DNA of 64,000 nucleotides, from the NCBI GenBank assembly GCA_023269085.1, contig JAHFML010000001.1:11966-75965 (forward strand), written 5' to 3'. The position numbers and the translations under genes are program-made. The notes beneath the pieces are model-generated. The model ran no database searches. It was not told where the DNA came from and was given only the letters and a program-made list of their open reading frames with translations. Of the stretch, positions 1 to 9,174 are shown piece by piece (position 1 is the first letter of the stretch; every line of letters begins with the position of its first letter). This stretch comes from a bacterium. Its GTDB lineage: Bacteria; Patescibacteriota; Minisyncoccia; Phycocordibacterales; Phycocordibacteraceae.

Positions 1-1723
1 CGGGGGAGGAAGAGGTGGTCGTCGCGGCCTTGGGCCAGGCCTTGGCCGCGACGCCGTGCCCGCCGACATAGGGAGAGTCTTCCGCCTTGAGTGAGTCGAA
101 GAGTGCGCGCATCACGTTCACCGACTGCTCCCCCGCCCCTGACGGCCCGCGCTCAAGCACGACCGCGAAGGCGTACTGTGGGTGCTCGTAGGGAAAGAAT
201 CCTTCGACCCAGGAGTTGTCGTACTGATTGTGCACGCCGGTCTGCGCCGTGCCAGTCTTCGCGGCGACGCTCACATACGGCAGACTGATCGCTTGCGAGA
301 GCGCGCTCACGACGCCCCGCCGCATCCCCGCGCGCACCGTCGCGAGTGCCGACGGGGCGACCGGCACCTTCACTCCGATCGGCGTCTCATTCGCGATAAG
401 CGTCGGTGTGAAGAGCGTTCCGCCGTTCGCAATCGCGGCCGTCGCGCAGGCCATCTGGATCGGCGTCACCTGCATCGAATATTGTCCGATGGCGGTGAAG
501 TAGGTATCGCCCAAGTACCACGATTCGTTGAAGACGGCCTTCTTCCACGCGGGCGTCGGGAGGTTCCCTGCCGCTTCACCGGGCAGGTCGATACTGGTCG
601 TCGTGCCAAGACCGAATTGCCGATACCAATAATTGAGCCGGTCGATACCGAGCCCTTTCTGGCCTTGGAATCCGCCACCGACTTGATAGAAAAAGACATC
701 AGATGACCATGCGATCGCCTTCTCGACGTCGACCGGACCGAGGGCTTTCCATCCGCGATAGATAAAGGTCTTCCCTGGATGATACGGGTCAGGGAGTGAA
801 AGCGAGCCCGGATCGTTGATAACCGTCGCGGGCGTGATGATGCCATCAGTAAGCGCGCCCGCCGCGACAAAAGGCTTCACGATCGATCCTGGCGCATACA
901 CGCCCTGTATCGCGTGATCAAGAAACGGATGTCCTGTGTTAGTGTTGTAGGCCGCGATAGTGCCGGCCGGATTACCGCTCGCCATAACGTTCGCGTCATA
1001 GCTCGGATACGAGACGAGTGCGCGCACGGCACCCGTATTGACATCAAGGATGACACCGGCACCCGCGATAAAGCCGTGTCTGTTTGCGGTGTCGGCAATC
1101 GCCTTCGCGAGATTCTTCTGCAGACCAGCATCGATCGAGAGTGCGAGCGTCCCGCCGTTCTTCGCGGGAATGATCGTACCCGATGATCGCACCTTCCCAT
1201 TCACGTCCGTCTCGGTGAGCTGCTTGCCGTTCTCGCCGGTGAGGAGCGCGTTGTAGCGCGCTTCGAGACCGGTAATACCACGTTCGTCCATGTCATAATA
1301 GACACCATGCGCATCTTTCTTCGGATACGAGACATAGCCCGTCACCTGGCTCAATGACGGAATAGTATACTGTCGTTCTATCGAGCCATCTGCTTGTTCG
1401 ACATTCTCAGCAATAACGACACCCCGCATGTCAGTAATCACGCCGCGAGGCGCGAAGAGTGTCGTCACCGCGAGACTGTTGTGCGCGCTCTCGACGGCAT
1501 AGAGCGCACCATCACGCACTTCGATACTCCACGCACGAATGATAAGAATGCTGAACAGACCGATAAGCACGCCACCTACCATGAGATAAGCCTGCCGCGA
1601 GAGCGGCGTCTCGATACGCCCTTCAAACTGTTGCTGATTGAAGTCCGGCGTATTCGACGAATCGAGGAATATCTCGTCAGGAGCGATTTCTGGATCGTAC
1701 CGCCGCTTCTTCCGCCACATCAT
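1..1723 (-). CDS. mrdA: Penicillin-binding protein 2 (peptidoglycan D,D-transpeptidase). The 3' part of the gene runs off the window start.
   Basis: Reverse-strand translation is open from the ATGATG at 1723-1718 to position 1. It shows the SIVKP (SxxK) and KTGT PBP motifs. It lies directly upstream of mreD/mreC/mreB with a start/stop overlap. It is absent from the ORF track, presumably only because no stop falls inside the window. Confidence 0.8.
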   Translation of the reverse strand, partial: MMWRKKRRYDPEIAPDEIFLDSSNTPDFNQQQFEGRIETPLSRQAYLMVGGVLIGLFSILIIRAWSIEVRDGALYAVESAHNSLAVTTLFAPRGVITDMRGVVIAENVEQADGSIERQYTIPSLSQVTGYVSYPKKDAHGVYYDMDERGITGLEARYNALLTGENGKQLTETDVNGKVRSSGTIIPAKNGGTLALSIDAGLQKNLAKAIADTANRHGFIAGAGVILDVNTGAVRALVSYPSYDANVMASGNPAGTIAAYNTNTGHPFLDHAIQGVYAPGSIVKPFVAAGALTDGIITPATVINDPGSLSLPDPYHPGKTFIYRGWKALGPVDVEKAIAWSSDVFFYQVGGGFQGQKGLGIDRLNYWYRQFGLGTTTSIDLPGEAAGNLPTPAWKKAVFNESWYLGDTYFTAIGQYSMQVTPIQMACATAAIANGGTLFTPTLIANETPIGVKVPVAPSALATVRAGMRRGVVSALSQAISLPYVSVAAKTGTAQTGVHNQYDNSWVEGFFPYEHPQYAFAVVLERGPSGAGEQSVNVMRALFDSLKAEDSPYVGGHGVAAKAWPKAATTTSSSP

Positions 1724-1974
1724 CCCCTCATACTACTCGTCTGAAGCCGACTACGCACGAAGAGGACAGCGAGAGCCATCCCGAAACCGTATAGCGACCA
1801 CTGCGGCCAAGAACTCGCGTGAGGAGCGTAGTAGATTATGTCCATACCGACGCCGACGATCATCGGTAAGAACGGTTCGACGAAGGCAACGAACACTACG
1901 AGAAGCGCCGTAAATTGCCACGGGAAGACGACCATCGAAATGAGTGCCGCGGTAACAGAGATCGAACGTATCAT
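1720..1974 (-). CDS. mreD: Rod shape-determining protein MreD-like small membrane protein
   Basis: 84-aa hydrophobic ORF located between mreC and mrdA, with 4-nt overlaps at both ends. Confidence 0.5.
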   Translation of the reverse strand: MIRSISVTAALISMVVFPWQFTALLVVFVAFVEPFLPMIVGVGMDIIYYAPHASSWPQWSLYGFGMALAVLFVRSRLQTSSMRG

Positions 1975-2795
1975 GGGTGCGTTGATGTCGCGAAGGAGAT
2001 CGGCGTGACACCGGTCGCGCGAAGAATGACCACGGTGAGCGCGAAGAGGTTGCTCGCCGGCTCGATGCGAAGTGTATCAGAGGGCGAGAGCGGATCGCTG
2101 TCGACACGTACCACGTTCCCCGCAGCGCGTGCGCCCGGGCCCGGAAGGAATATGGTATCCCCGATCACCACCACCGCCGCCTTCGCCATCGTCGCCTGCC
2201 ACGTGCCGCCGCCAGCCCCGACAAGCGTGACGGCCGTGTTCGCCTTACCGATCCAACCATTCATCGAGATGCCCGGTGCGGTAAAGAGCGTCACTCGGGA
2301 GAAGTCCATAAGCACTTCTGACACTATGCCGATCGGCACGCCCCCATTGCCAAACGCTTCCATACCGAGCGCAACACCGCTTGACGAACCCGCGGCGACC
2401 ACAAGCGTATCGTAGGGGCTCTCGGGCGGGCGCGCGACGACGCCTGCGACAATCCCTGGCTTCTCCTCCGGCGCTTCTCCGATGAGCGCCGTGAGATTCT
2501 CCACCTTAGCGAGCAGTGTCTTATTCTCTTGCACGAGCGTGAGGTTCTGCTCTCTCTGCGAGTCGCGTTCAGCAGAGAGCGCGACCGTATTGCCAAACGA
2601 GTTCAAGAATGAGTGCACCGCGATAACGGAAGCGTCTGCCGTGCGGAATATCGGCGCGGTCGCCTGCCAAAAGAAATTAGGCGTGAGAAATCGCAGGGCA
2701 ACGAACATGACAAAGACGAATCCGGCAAGCACGGCTCGAAAGGCGCTCTTCGATGAGAGCAGCGCGTTACGCTTCGCTAAGAATATCCTCTTCAT
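1971..2795 (-). CDS. mreC: Rod shape-determining protein MreC
   Basis: 274 aa. N-terminal TM segment and coiled coil (LTLVQENKTLLAKVENL), then a beta-rich domain. Sits immediately downstream of mreB. Confidence 0.75.
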   Translation of the reverse strand: MKRIFLAKRNALLSSKSAFRAVLAGFVFVMFVALRFLTPNFFWQATAPIFRTADASVIAVHSFLNSFGNTVALSAERDSQREQNLTLVQENKTLLAKVENLTALIGEAPEEKPGIVAGVVARPPESPYDTLVVAAGSSSGVALGMEAFGNGGVPIGIVSEVLMDFSRVTLFTAPGISMNGWIGKANTAVTLVGAGGGTWQATMAKAAVVVIGDTIFLPGPGARAAGNVVRVDSDPLSPSDTLRIEPASNLFALTVVILRATGVTPISFATSTHP

Positions 2796-3819
2796 CGATG
2801 AAAAATTCTTCGTAGGGCTCGGGGTTCTCGGTCACGATGCCCGCGCCGCGCACAACCGCGGTGAGCGGGTCGGGAGCGACATGCACGGGGACCCCGAGCA
2901 TCTTCGCGAGCATCTCGGGGAGGCCGCGCAAGAGCGCCCCGCCGCCGAAGACCGTCACGCCGTGCTGGAGCACGTCTGAGAGGAGCTCGGGTGGCGTCGC
3001 CTCGATGACCTCTTTCATCGCGTCCATGAGCGCGTCGAGCGAGGGCGTGAGCGCGTCGCGGATATGCGCGTCGGTGAGCACGACCTCGCGCGGGAGACCG
3101 GTCGCGAGATCGCGGCCGCGGATACTCCGAGTGAGCGTCTCGCCAAGCGGCATCACCGAACCGATATCGATCTTGACCTCCTCGGCGGTCCGCTCGCCGA
3201 TGCCGAGCTTAAACTCGCTCCGCACATAGTCGATAATATTTTCATTGAAGCGATCGCCCGCGACCTGCGAGCTCTTCGAGGCGACGACGCCCTTGAGCGC
3301 GATGACGGCGATGTCGGTCGTCCCGCCGCCGATGTCGAGCACCATGGTGCCGACCGCCTCCGCCACCGGCAGCTTCGCGCCGATAGCGCCCGCAACCGGC
3401 TCTTCGAGAATGATAGCCTCTCGCGCACCCGCGTTCTTGGCGGCATCGCGCACCGCGCGGCTCTGCACGTTGGTCACGCCGGTCGGCACGCCGATCACGA
3501 TACGCGGGCCGAAGAGCCGCGTGCGGCCGCCCTGCGCTTTGTTGATGAGATACGAGAGCAACTCCTCGGTCACTTCGAAGTCAGAGATGACGCCGTGAGA
3601 GAGCGGCCGCACGGCGCGGATATGCGCAGGCGTCTTCCCCGACATTATCTTCGCCTCCTTCCCCACCGCGACCACTTGGTGCGTCTTGTCGTTGACCGCG
3701 ACAACCGAAGGTTCGTTGATCACGACGCCCTTCCCGCGCACATAGACGAGCGTATTCGCGGTCCCGAGATCGATCGCGATATCGTTGCTGAAGAAGGTGC
3801 TCTTCGAGAATCGGGCCAT
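2767..3819 (-). CDS. mreB: Rod shape-determining protein MreB (actin homolog)
   Basis: N-terminus IAIDLGTANTLVYV and a DIGGGTTD phosphate-binding motif. 350 aa. Confidence 0.9.
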   Translation of the reverse strand: MARFSKSTFFSNDIAIDLGTANTLVYVRGKGVVINEPSVVAVNDKTHQVVAVGKEAKIMSGKTPAHIRAVRPLSHGVISDFEVTEELLSYLINKAQGGRTRLFGPRIVIGVPTGVTNVQSRAVRDAAKNAGAREAIILEEPVAGAIGAKLPVAEAVGTMVLDIGGGTTDIAVIALKGVVASKSSQVAGDRFNENIIDYVRSEFKLGIGERTAEEVKIDIGSVMPLGETLTRSIRGRDLATGLPREVVLTDAHIRDALTPSLDALMDAMKEVIEATPPELLSDVLQHGVTVFGGGALLRGLPEMLAKMLGVPVHVAPDPLTAVVRGAGIVTENPEPYEEFFIDEEDILSEA

Positions 3820-3830
3820 AAAAATAGGCG

Positions 3831-5075
3831 CTAGGCGCTAGGCGCTAATAACGCCTCACGTGATTTCTTTTCAACTTTTCCCGTCGCCCGATCGACCACC
3901 TCGAAGACGCCACTCGCGACCGCCTCGCGACCGACGATGACGCGCTTCGGGATGCCGAGTAGATCGCTCTCGGCAAATTTCTCGCCCGCGCGCAGGTCGC
4001 GATCATCGTACAAGACCTCGACACCGGCTTTTTGCAAATCGACATACAGCGCCTCAGCGACTTTTGAGATTTCATCATCACCCTTACCGAGGGAGACGAG
4101 ATGCACCGCAAAGGGCGCGACGCTCAGGGACCAGACGAGGCCTTTTTCGTCGCCAAATGTTTCTGCGATGACACCCATGAGGCGCGAGATGCCGATGCCG
4201 AAACAGCCCATGATCGGGAGTTGGTCCTTCCCCTCCCTATCTTTATACGTGAACGAAAAATCTTTGGCATATTTTGTACCAAGATCAAAAATGTTGCCTA
4301 CCTCGGAAGCCTTCGCGCGCGAAAGTTCTCCCGCGTTACAACGGGTGCAAGCGTTGCCTTCTTTCTGATCGCTGATCTCAGCGTTGACGCAATAGGAGCA
4401 GTGATTGCAATACAAAATGTCATCTTCACCCGCGTCGGTGAGCACCATGAATTCATACGAGAGCTTCGTCGTGAACGCGCCTCCTGACGCTTCGGTCGCC
4501 TTCGCAATTAGGCCGAGGCGTGAGTATATTTTCAAATAGGCTTCTTTCACCTCTGCATAGAACCGATCGAAATCTTCTTGTGTCTCGTGGAAGGAGTACA
4601 TGTCCTTCATCGTGAACTCGCGACCGCGCATGATGCCGCTCTTGGCGCGGAGCTCATCGCGGTATTTCTGCCCGATCTGATAGATGGCAACGGGCAGATC
4701 TTTATACGAAGTGAGATATTCGCGCGCGATCGGCGTCACTATTTCTTCTTCGCTCTGGCCGACTGTGTACTCCTTTTCAGTTCGACTCATGAGTTTGAAC
4801 ACGACATCGACTGAATCCCACGCGCCCGTCTGCTTCCACGGCTCGCTCGGGTGCAGAGTCGCCATGCGAATCTCTTGTCCTCCAACCGCATCCATCTCTT
4901 CGCGCACGACACGCTCAATCTTTTCGAGCACGCGGCGACCAAGCGGCAGATACGAATAGACACCCGCCATCTCCTTGTGCACGAAGCCCGCGCGCACGAG
5001 GAGCTGGGCGTTCTTCGAGACTTCGTCGGCGGGTGCCTCCCGCCGCGCCTTGGTGAAGAGCTGTGATTGTCGCAT
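3831..5075 (-). CDS. proS: Prolyl-tRNA synthetase. No INS editing domain; a Cys4 (CxxC...CxxC) insertion sits in its place.
   Basis: Class II aaRS motifs (FTMKDMYSF; GCFGIGISRLMG) and a C-terminal anticodon-binding domain. Start taken at ATG 5075 (MRQSQLF). The part of the ORF upstream of that is Arg/His-rich read-through. Confidence 0.85.
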   Translation of the reverse strand: MRQSQLFTKARREAPADEVSKNAQLLVRAGFVHKEMAGVYSYLPLGRRVLEKIERVVREEMDAVGGQEIRMATLHPSEPWKQTGAWDSVDVVFKLMSRTEKEYTVGQSEEEIVTPIAREYLTSYKDLPVAIYQIGQKYRDELRAKSGIMRGREFTMKDMYSFHETQEDFDRFYAEVKEAYLKIYSRLGLIAKATEASGGAFTTKLSYEFMVLTDAGEDDILYCNHCSYCVNAEISDQKEGNACTRCNAGELSRAKASEVGNIFDLGTKYAKDFSFTYKDREGKDQLPIMGCFGIGISRLMGVIAETFGDEKGLVWSLSVAPFAVHLVSLGKGDDEISKVAEALYVDLQKAGVEVLYDDRDLRAGEKFAESDLLGIPKRVIVGREAVASGVFEVVDRATGKVEKKSREALLAPSA

Positions 5076-5107
5076 GCTCTGTAGTATACGCCCGCTTAGT
5101 GCGCAGA

Positions 5108-5161
5108 GCAAAACAAGGTCGAACCTTAAATCCGAATCCTCAAGGTTCGACCTTGTTTTGC
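5108..5161. repeat. Palindromic hairpin element, family B copy 1: a perfect 20-bp stem (gcaaaacaaggtcgaacctt / aaggttcgaccttgttttgc) with a 14-nt loop
   Basis: Seen directly in the sequence. Lies between the rseP stop (5162) and the proS start. Related copies occur at 10228-10269 and 63732-63774. Confidence 0.8.
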
Positions 5162-6259
5162 TCACCCAACAATCTTGAAAATGTCGTGGGCGGTGATGAC
5201 GAGCATGAGGAGGATGAGGAAGGCGAAACTCACGGCATTTACATTTTGTGCGATGCGCGCTTTGATCGGGCATCGGGTGATACCTTCGATAATCACGAAG
5301 AGGAGACGACCGCCGTCGAGTGCAGGGATAGGGATGAGGTTGATGAGGGCGAGATTAATCGAGATAATAGCCATGATTGAAAGGAGATCGCCGATACCTT
5401 GTGCCGACGCGTTCCCGACGACGCCCGCGATGCCGACCGGCCCCGAGACCTGCGAGAGATCAGCCGAGAAGGTGAAGACGCCGTAGAAGAAATGCGCGAG
5501 CCCGGTCGCGGTGAGCACCGTCGCGCCCCACGTGAGCGACGCGCCTTGCACGAGTGACTCGGTGAAGGAGAGCGGCACGACCCCGATGGTCGCCACCGAG
5601 ACCCCGAGCGCGTAGCGCGAGGGGTCAGCGGGAACGACGCCCGCCGCGGGCGCCGCGACGACACTCTTCTCTTGCCCGTTACGCTTCACCTCAAGCGTGA
5701 CCTCGTGCCCGTCGCTCGCGGCGATGAAGGTCGAGAAGCTCTTCGGGTCGGCGGCATGCCACGCTCCCAGCATGTCCGGCGTGTTCACCACCACTTTAAG
5801 AATCGAGTCGCCCGGGAGAAGCCCAGCGCGCGCGGCGGGAGAACCGGGGAGCACGTCGGCGACCGCGAGCTCTGTGTGCGTCGCGGTCGCGACCTCGCTC
5901 TCGTCGAGCGCGCGCGGCGTGCCCGCGACAAGCGCGCCCGTGATGAGCACATACGCGAAGAGCATGTTCATCGCGATGCCAGCGACCAGCACGACGGCTT
6001 GCAAGATACGCGGCTTTGACGTGAACGAACGTTCGCCCTCTGCGCCGTCTTCGCCATATATCCGCACGAAGCCGCCGAAGGGCAGCCAGTTGAGCGTGTA
6101 CTCGGTCCCGCCCCACTTCCCTATCGTGAGAGCCTTCGGCGGGTAGCCAAGGCCGAACTCGTCGACGCGCATGCCCGAGAGCTTCGCGGCGATGAAGTGC
6201 CCGAGCTCATGCACCACGATGAGCGCAACGATGACAATGACAAAAATGAGGATATGCAT
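5162..6259 (-). CDS. rseP: RIP metalloprotease RseP (site-2 protease, M50 family)
   Basis: HELGHF zinc motif in TM1, a PDZ-like middle region, and a C-terminal LDGG motif. 365 aa. Confidence 0.85.
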   Translation of the reverse strand: MHILIFVIVIVALIVVHELGHFIAAKLSGMRVDEFGLGYPPKALTIGKWGGTEYTLNWLPFGGFVRIYGEDGAEGERSFTSKPRILQAVVLVAGIAMNMLFAYVLITGALVAGTPRALDESEVATATHTELAVADVLPGSPAARAGLLPGDSILKVVVNTPDMLGAWHAADPKSFSTFIAASDGHEVTLEVKRNGQEKSVVAAPAAGVVPADPSRYALGVSVATIGVVPLSFTESLVQGASLTWGATVLTATGLAHFFYGVFTFSADLSQVSGPVGIAGVVGNASAQGIGDLLSIMAIISINLALINLIPIPALDGGRLLFVIIEGITRCPIKARIAQNVNAVSFAFLILLMLVITAHDIFKIVG

Positions 6260-6265
6260 TATTTA

Positions 6266-6817
6266 TTACTGTGCTATTTCGGTCTCCTTTTTCTCCAGAT
6301 GCTTGGCGAAGGAGTCGTTGCCAAGGTCGATGAGCTTCTGCACCTCGGTCTTGAGCCGTGCGACTTCGTCCTTGCCCATGCCGCCCTCCTTCTCGGCGGC
6401 GTCGAGCGCCTTGATAGCGTCGGTGCGATGTCCGCGGAGCGTCACGCGCGCCTGTTCGGTGCGGTCGCCCGCGATCTTCGAGAGCTGGGTGCGTCGTTCG
6501 CTCGTGAGCTCGGGGAATGAGACTCGCAAGCCCTGATCGTCCGTCGAGACACCGACGCCGAGATCTGCTTCGACAATCGCCTTCTCGACTGCTTTGGTAA
6601 GTGACTTGTCCCACGGGACGATGCGGAGCGTGCGGGCGTCTTCGACCGAGATCGCCGCGATATCGCGAAGCGGCGAGCGCGTGCCATAGGCCTCGGCCTT
6701 GACCCCGTCGAGCAGGGTCGGCGTCGCGCGGCCCGTGCGCACGCCCGAGAGCTCGCGCCCGAGCCACTCCTCGGTTTCGCTAATCTGCTCCTTCAATTTT
6801 GAAAAGTCGTATGCCAT
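6266..6817 (-). CDS. frr: Ribosome recycling factor
   Basis: 183 aa with an RRF-typical sequence (VRTGRATPTLLDGV...). Confidence 0.9.
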   Translation of the reverse strand: MAYDFSKLKEQISETEEWLGRELSGVRTGRATPTLLDGVKAEAYGTRSPLRDIAAISVEDARTLRIVPWDKSLTKAVEKAIVEADLGVGVSTDDQGLRVSFPELTSERRTQLSKIAGDRTEQARVTLRGHRTDAIKALDAAEKEGGMGKDEVARLKTEVQKLIDLGNDSFAKHLEKKETEIAQ

Positions 6818-6826
6818 ATGTGTGGA

Positions 6827-7528
6827 TTATAGCAGACCCTGCGGCGTCACGAGCGAGAGGTGTTCGAGAATCATCTTGACCGGCGCCGAACGGTCGTAGA
6901 GATACCCGCGCAGAGTTGCGATGTCGGACAAAAGCGCCGTGTGTCTTTGTATCGAAGTCTGACTTCGATACGCGGCCACCTCGATACCGTTCAGGAGCGC
7001 GATAGCCTCGTCGCGGTGCGCGCGACGCTCATCGTCATCCTTCCCACTCGCAAGCTTCTTCGCGATAGTGGTGCGCTTTTCTTTTGTCGCGGTGATGAAT
7101 TCTCGCGCGATCTCGGGAATAATGTGGGACATCGTAAGTCCCACATTGGATGTAGGACTTACGATGTCCGACATTGAGAGCACCTGCACGCGGGAGCGAA
7201 GCGTCGGCAAGAGCCCGCCGAGTGTCGGGAAGATGAGGAAGAGATGCGTGCCAAAAGGCGGCTCCTCGAAGACTTTGAGGAGCGCATTTTGCGCTTCGTG
7301 ATAGGCACGCGAAGCCGCGATGATAATCACGCGATGCTCACCCGCGAATGCCGCCCCCGCGGCGAGCTCCGTTACTCGCCGCGCATCTGCGACCGAGAAG
7401 AGACCGTACTGCAAAACGACTACATCGGGATTCCCCTCCGCTTTCATGCCCAAGTCGCGCTCGGCAAAGCCGAGCGCGACTGCTATCCCTTCCTCTGCCT
7501 CTCCCTCTATGACAAACGCGTGGTGCAT
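6827..7528 (-). CDS. holB: DNA polymerase III delta-prime subunit-like protein (clamp loader, no P-loop)
   Basis: NALLKVFEEPP box and SRV(Q) motif. No Walker A. 233 aa. Carries an in-frame palindromic insertion at 7131-7179. Confidence 0.65.
   Translation of the reverse strand: MHHAFVIEGEAEEGIAVALGFAERDLGMKAEGNPDVVVLQYGLFSVADARRVTELAAGAAFAGEHRVIIIAASRAYHEAQNALLKVFEEPPFGTHLFLIFPTLGGLLPTLRSRVQVLSMSDIVSPTSNVGLTMSHIIPEIAREFITATKEKRTTIAKKLASGKDDDERRAHRDEAIALLNGIEVAAYRSQTSIQRHTALLSDIATLRGYLYDRSAPVKMILEHLSLVTPQGLL
7131..7179. repeat. Nested palindrome inside the holB coding sequence: 15-bp arms ggacatcgtaagtcc / ggacttacgatgtcc (7137-7151 / 7165-7179) with a 13-nt loop, plus an overlapping aatgtggg / cccacatt pair
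   Basis: Seen directly in the sequence. The holB reading frame stays open through it. Confidence 0.8.
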
Positions 7529-7567
7529 CTGTCGATTATAGCTTGCTTTCCCCCACCCGCGTGGCGC

Positions 7568-7596
7568 TTGACTTTTTGTAGTGAGTGTGGTAGCTT
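7568..7596 (+). promoter_or_regulatory. Candidate sigma70-type promoter: -35 ttgact, 17-nt spacer, extended -10 tgg tagctt
   Basis: Spacing and hexamers read directly. Lies about 35 nt upstream of ATG 7631. Confidence 0.35.
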
Positions 7597-7630
7597 ATCC
7601 TCACGGACTAATGTTGGTCCGTGCAACCGA

Positions 7631-7873
7631 ATGGAGTCAATCATGTTGACCGAAGAGAGAAAAGGCCAAATCGCTCTGTTGTTCCTGAAAGACAAGATCC
7701 GTAACGAGGGTCTCAAGTTAAGTAAGGACAATAAGCGTCAAATCGGTAATACCGCCAAGTCGCTCGGCATCAATCCCGAAGAGGCAACGGAATTCGCCGA
7801 ATTGTTGGTGCGGGAATTCGTGGACGAAGTCTTTCCGCCAAAGGAAATGACTTGCAATAAGGTCCGGACATAA
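7631..7873 (+). CDS. Hypothetical small protein (80 aa)
   Basis: ORF beginning MESIMLTEERKG. Followed by an intrinsic terminator. No recognisable domain. Confidence 0.35.
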   Translation: MESIMLTEERKGQIALLFLKDKIRNEGLKLSKDNKRQIGNTAKSLGINPEEATEFAELLVREFVDEVFPPKEMTCNKVRT

Positions 7874-7973
7874 TCTGTCAGCGACAGGGTGAGCCATGAG
7901 GCTCCTAAACGGGTAATTGTACCTCCTCTCTTTTGAGAGCAAGGACAGAACAAGAACCGCGCCCCTCGCTTTA

Positions 7974-8000
7974 GGCCGCTCGCTTGCGAGCGGCCTTTTT
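7974..8000 (+). terminator. Rho-independent terminator (ggccgctcgc ttg cgagcggcc followed by ttttt)
   Basis: GC-rich 10-bp stem plus T-run, seen directly. Confidence 0.7.
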
Positions 8001-8005
8001 CGTTC

Positions 8006-9031
8006 TTACTGCTTCGCCAAGATGCTTTTTTGATAGGTGTTCAAATGCTTGAGCGCAATGCCGGTACCGCGCGCGACGCAGTAGTAGGGGTCTACAGCAA
8101 GCTTCGCGATGACGCCCGTGCGGCGGAACATGAGCTCGGGCATCTGGCGCAATTGCGACGAGCCGCCCGTGAGGATGATGCCGTTGTCGATGATGTCGGC
8201 CGCGAGCTCGGGCGGCGTATCTTGAAGCACTTTGCGCACCGCGTGCGTCATCTCGCGGAGCTCGCGCGCCATCGCCTGCACGATGTCGTTGCTCGAGATC
8301 TCGACCGTGCGCGGGAGGCCCGAGATCATGTCGCGCCCTTTGACCGCCATCGTGAGCTCTTCGGTCAAGGGCACCGCCGCGCCGATAGTTATCTTCACCT
8401 CCTCGGCCGTCTTGTCGCCGATCGAGAGATTGTGATGCTTCTTCACATGGTCGACGATGGCGCGATCGAGCCTATTCCCCGCACACTTCACGCTGGTCGA
8501 GGCGACGATACCGCCGAGCGAGATCACCGCGACATCGATCGTCCCGCCGCCGATGTCCGCGACCATGCGCCCCATCGGCTCGTGAATAGGGATGCCCGCA
8601 CCGATAGCCGCGAGGATAGGCTCCTTGACCACATACGCATTCTTCGCCCCCGCCTTGAGCGCCGCTTCGATGACCGCCCGCTTCTCGGTCGAGGTGACGC
8701 CTGCCGGCACCGAGACGAGCACCGTCGGCTTGAAAGGATTCATTCCGAGCGCGCGCCGCATGAAGTAGCGCAACATCGCCTCGGTCACGCGATAGTCCGC
8801 GATAACGCCGTCCTTCATCGGGCGATAGGCGATGATGTCCTCGTGCGTGCGGCCGATCATCTTCTTGGCTTCGAGGCCAATGGCGAGGATCTTGTTCTTG
8901 CCGCGGAGCCCGCGCTCGCGCGAGACTGCAACAACCGAGGGCTCGTTGATCACCACCCCCTTGCCGGGGACGAAAACGAGGACATTCGTTGTGCCAAGAT
9001 CGATACCAAGCTTTGGGGAAAACCAACTCAT
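8006..9031 (-). CDS. Second MreB/Mbl-family actin-like protein (paralog)
   Basis: 341 aa: GIDLGTTNVLVFV, DIGGGTIDVAV. Clearly homologous to the MreB at 2767-3819 but diverged. Confidence 0.85.
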   Translation of the reverse strand: MSWFSPKLGIDLGTTNVLVFVPGKGVVINEPSVVAVSRERGLRGKNKILAIGLEAKKMIGRTHEDIIAYRPMKDGVIADYRVTEAMLRYFMRRALGMNPFKPTVLVSVPAGVTSTEKRAVIEAALKAGAKNAYVVKEPILAAIGAGIPIHEPMGRMVADIGGGTIDVAVISLGGIVASTSVKCAGNRLDRAIVDHVKKHHNLSIGDKTAEEVKITIGAAVPLTEELTMAVKGRDMISGLPRTVEISSNDIVQAMARELREMTHAVRKVLQDTPPELAADIIDNGIILTGGSSQLRQMPELMFRRTGVIAKLAVDPYYCVARGTGIALKHLNTYQKSILAKQ

Positions 9032-9174
9032 TGCGGTAATGGTACACTACTCCTCATGCAAGGCGAAATGAACTTCAGCATCGAGGGCGGGTTGTCGCTC
9101 TCCGGTACGATGGCGCTACGGTATGACGCAAAACGAAACCGACTGTCTCCAGCCGGTTTATTTCGTCTTTAGTT

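Noticed and set aside
3831-3852. Tandem heptamer ggcgcta x3
   Set aside because: It lies within the last codons of proS (…APSA*). It is too short and coding, so it is not treated as a regulatory repeat.
5108-5161. Reading the family-B hairpin after rseP as a T-box or attenuator for proS
   Set aside because: It lacks a specifier/T-box consensus. The same hairpin recurs inside def and after the macB permease gene, so it is a dispersed repeat. It may still terminate rseP transcription.
8030-9172. 380-aa plus-strand ORF antisense to the MreB paralog. Other long antisense ORFs behave the same way: 15414-16406 opposite mltG, 36529-37521 and 37591-38079 opposite the P-type ATPase, 39018-40310 opposite the GT4 gene, 41680-43425 opposite GH15, 60399-62087 opposite macA/macB.
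   Set aside because: They are Arg/Asp/His-rich, low-complexity translations typical of antisense frames in GC-rich DNA. Each lies opposite a gene with clear family motifs.
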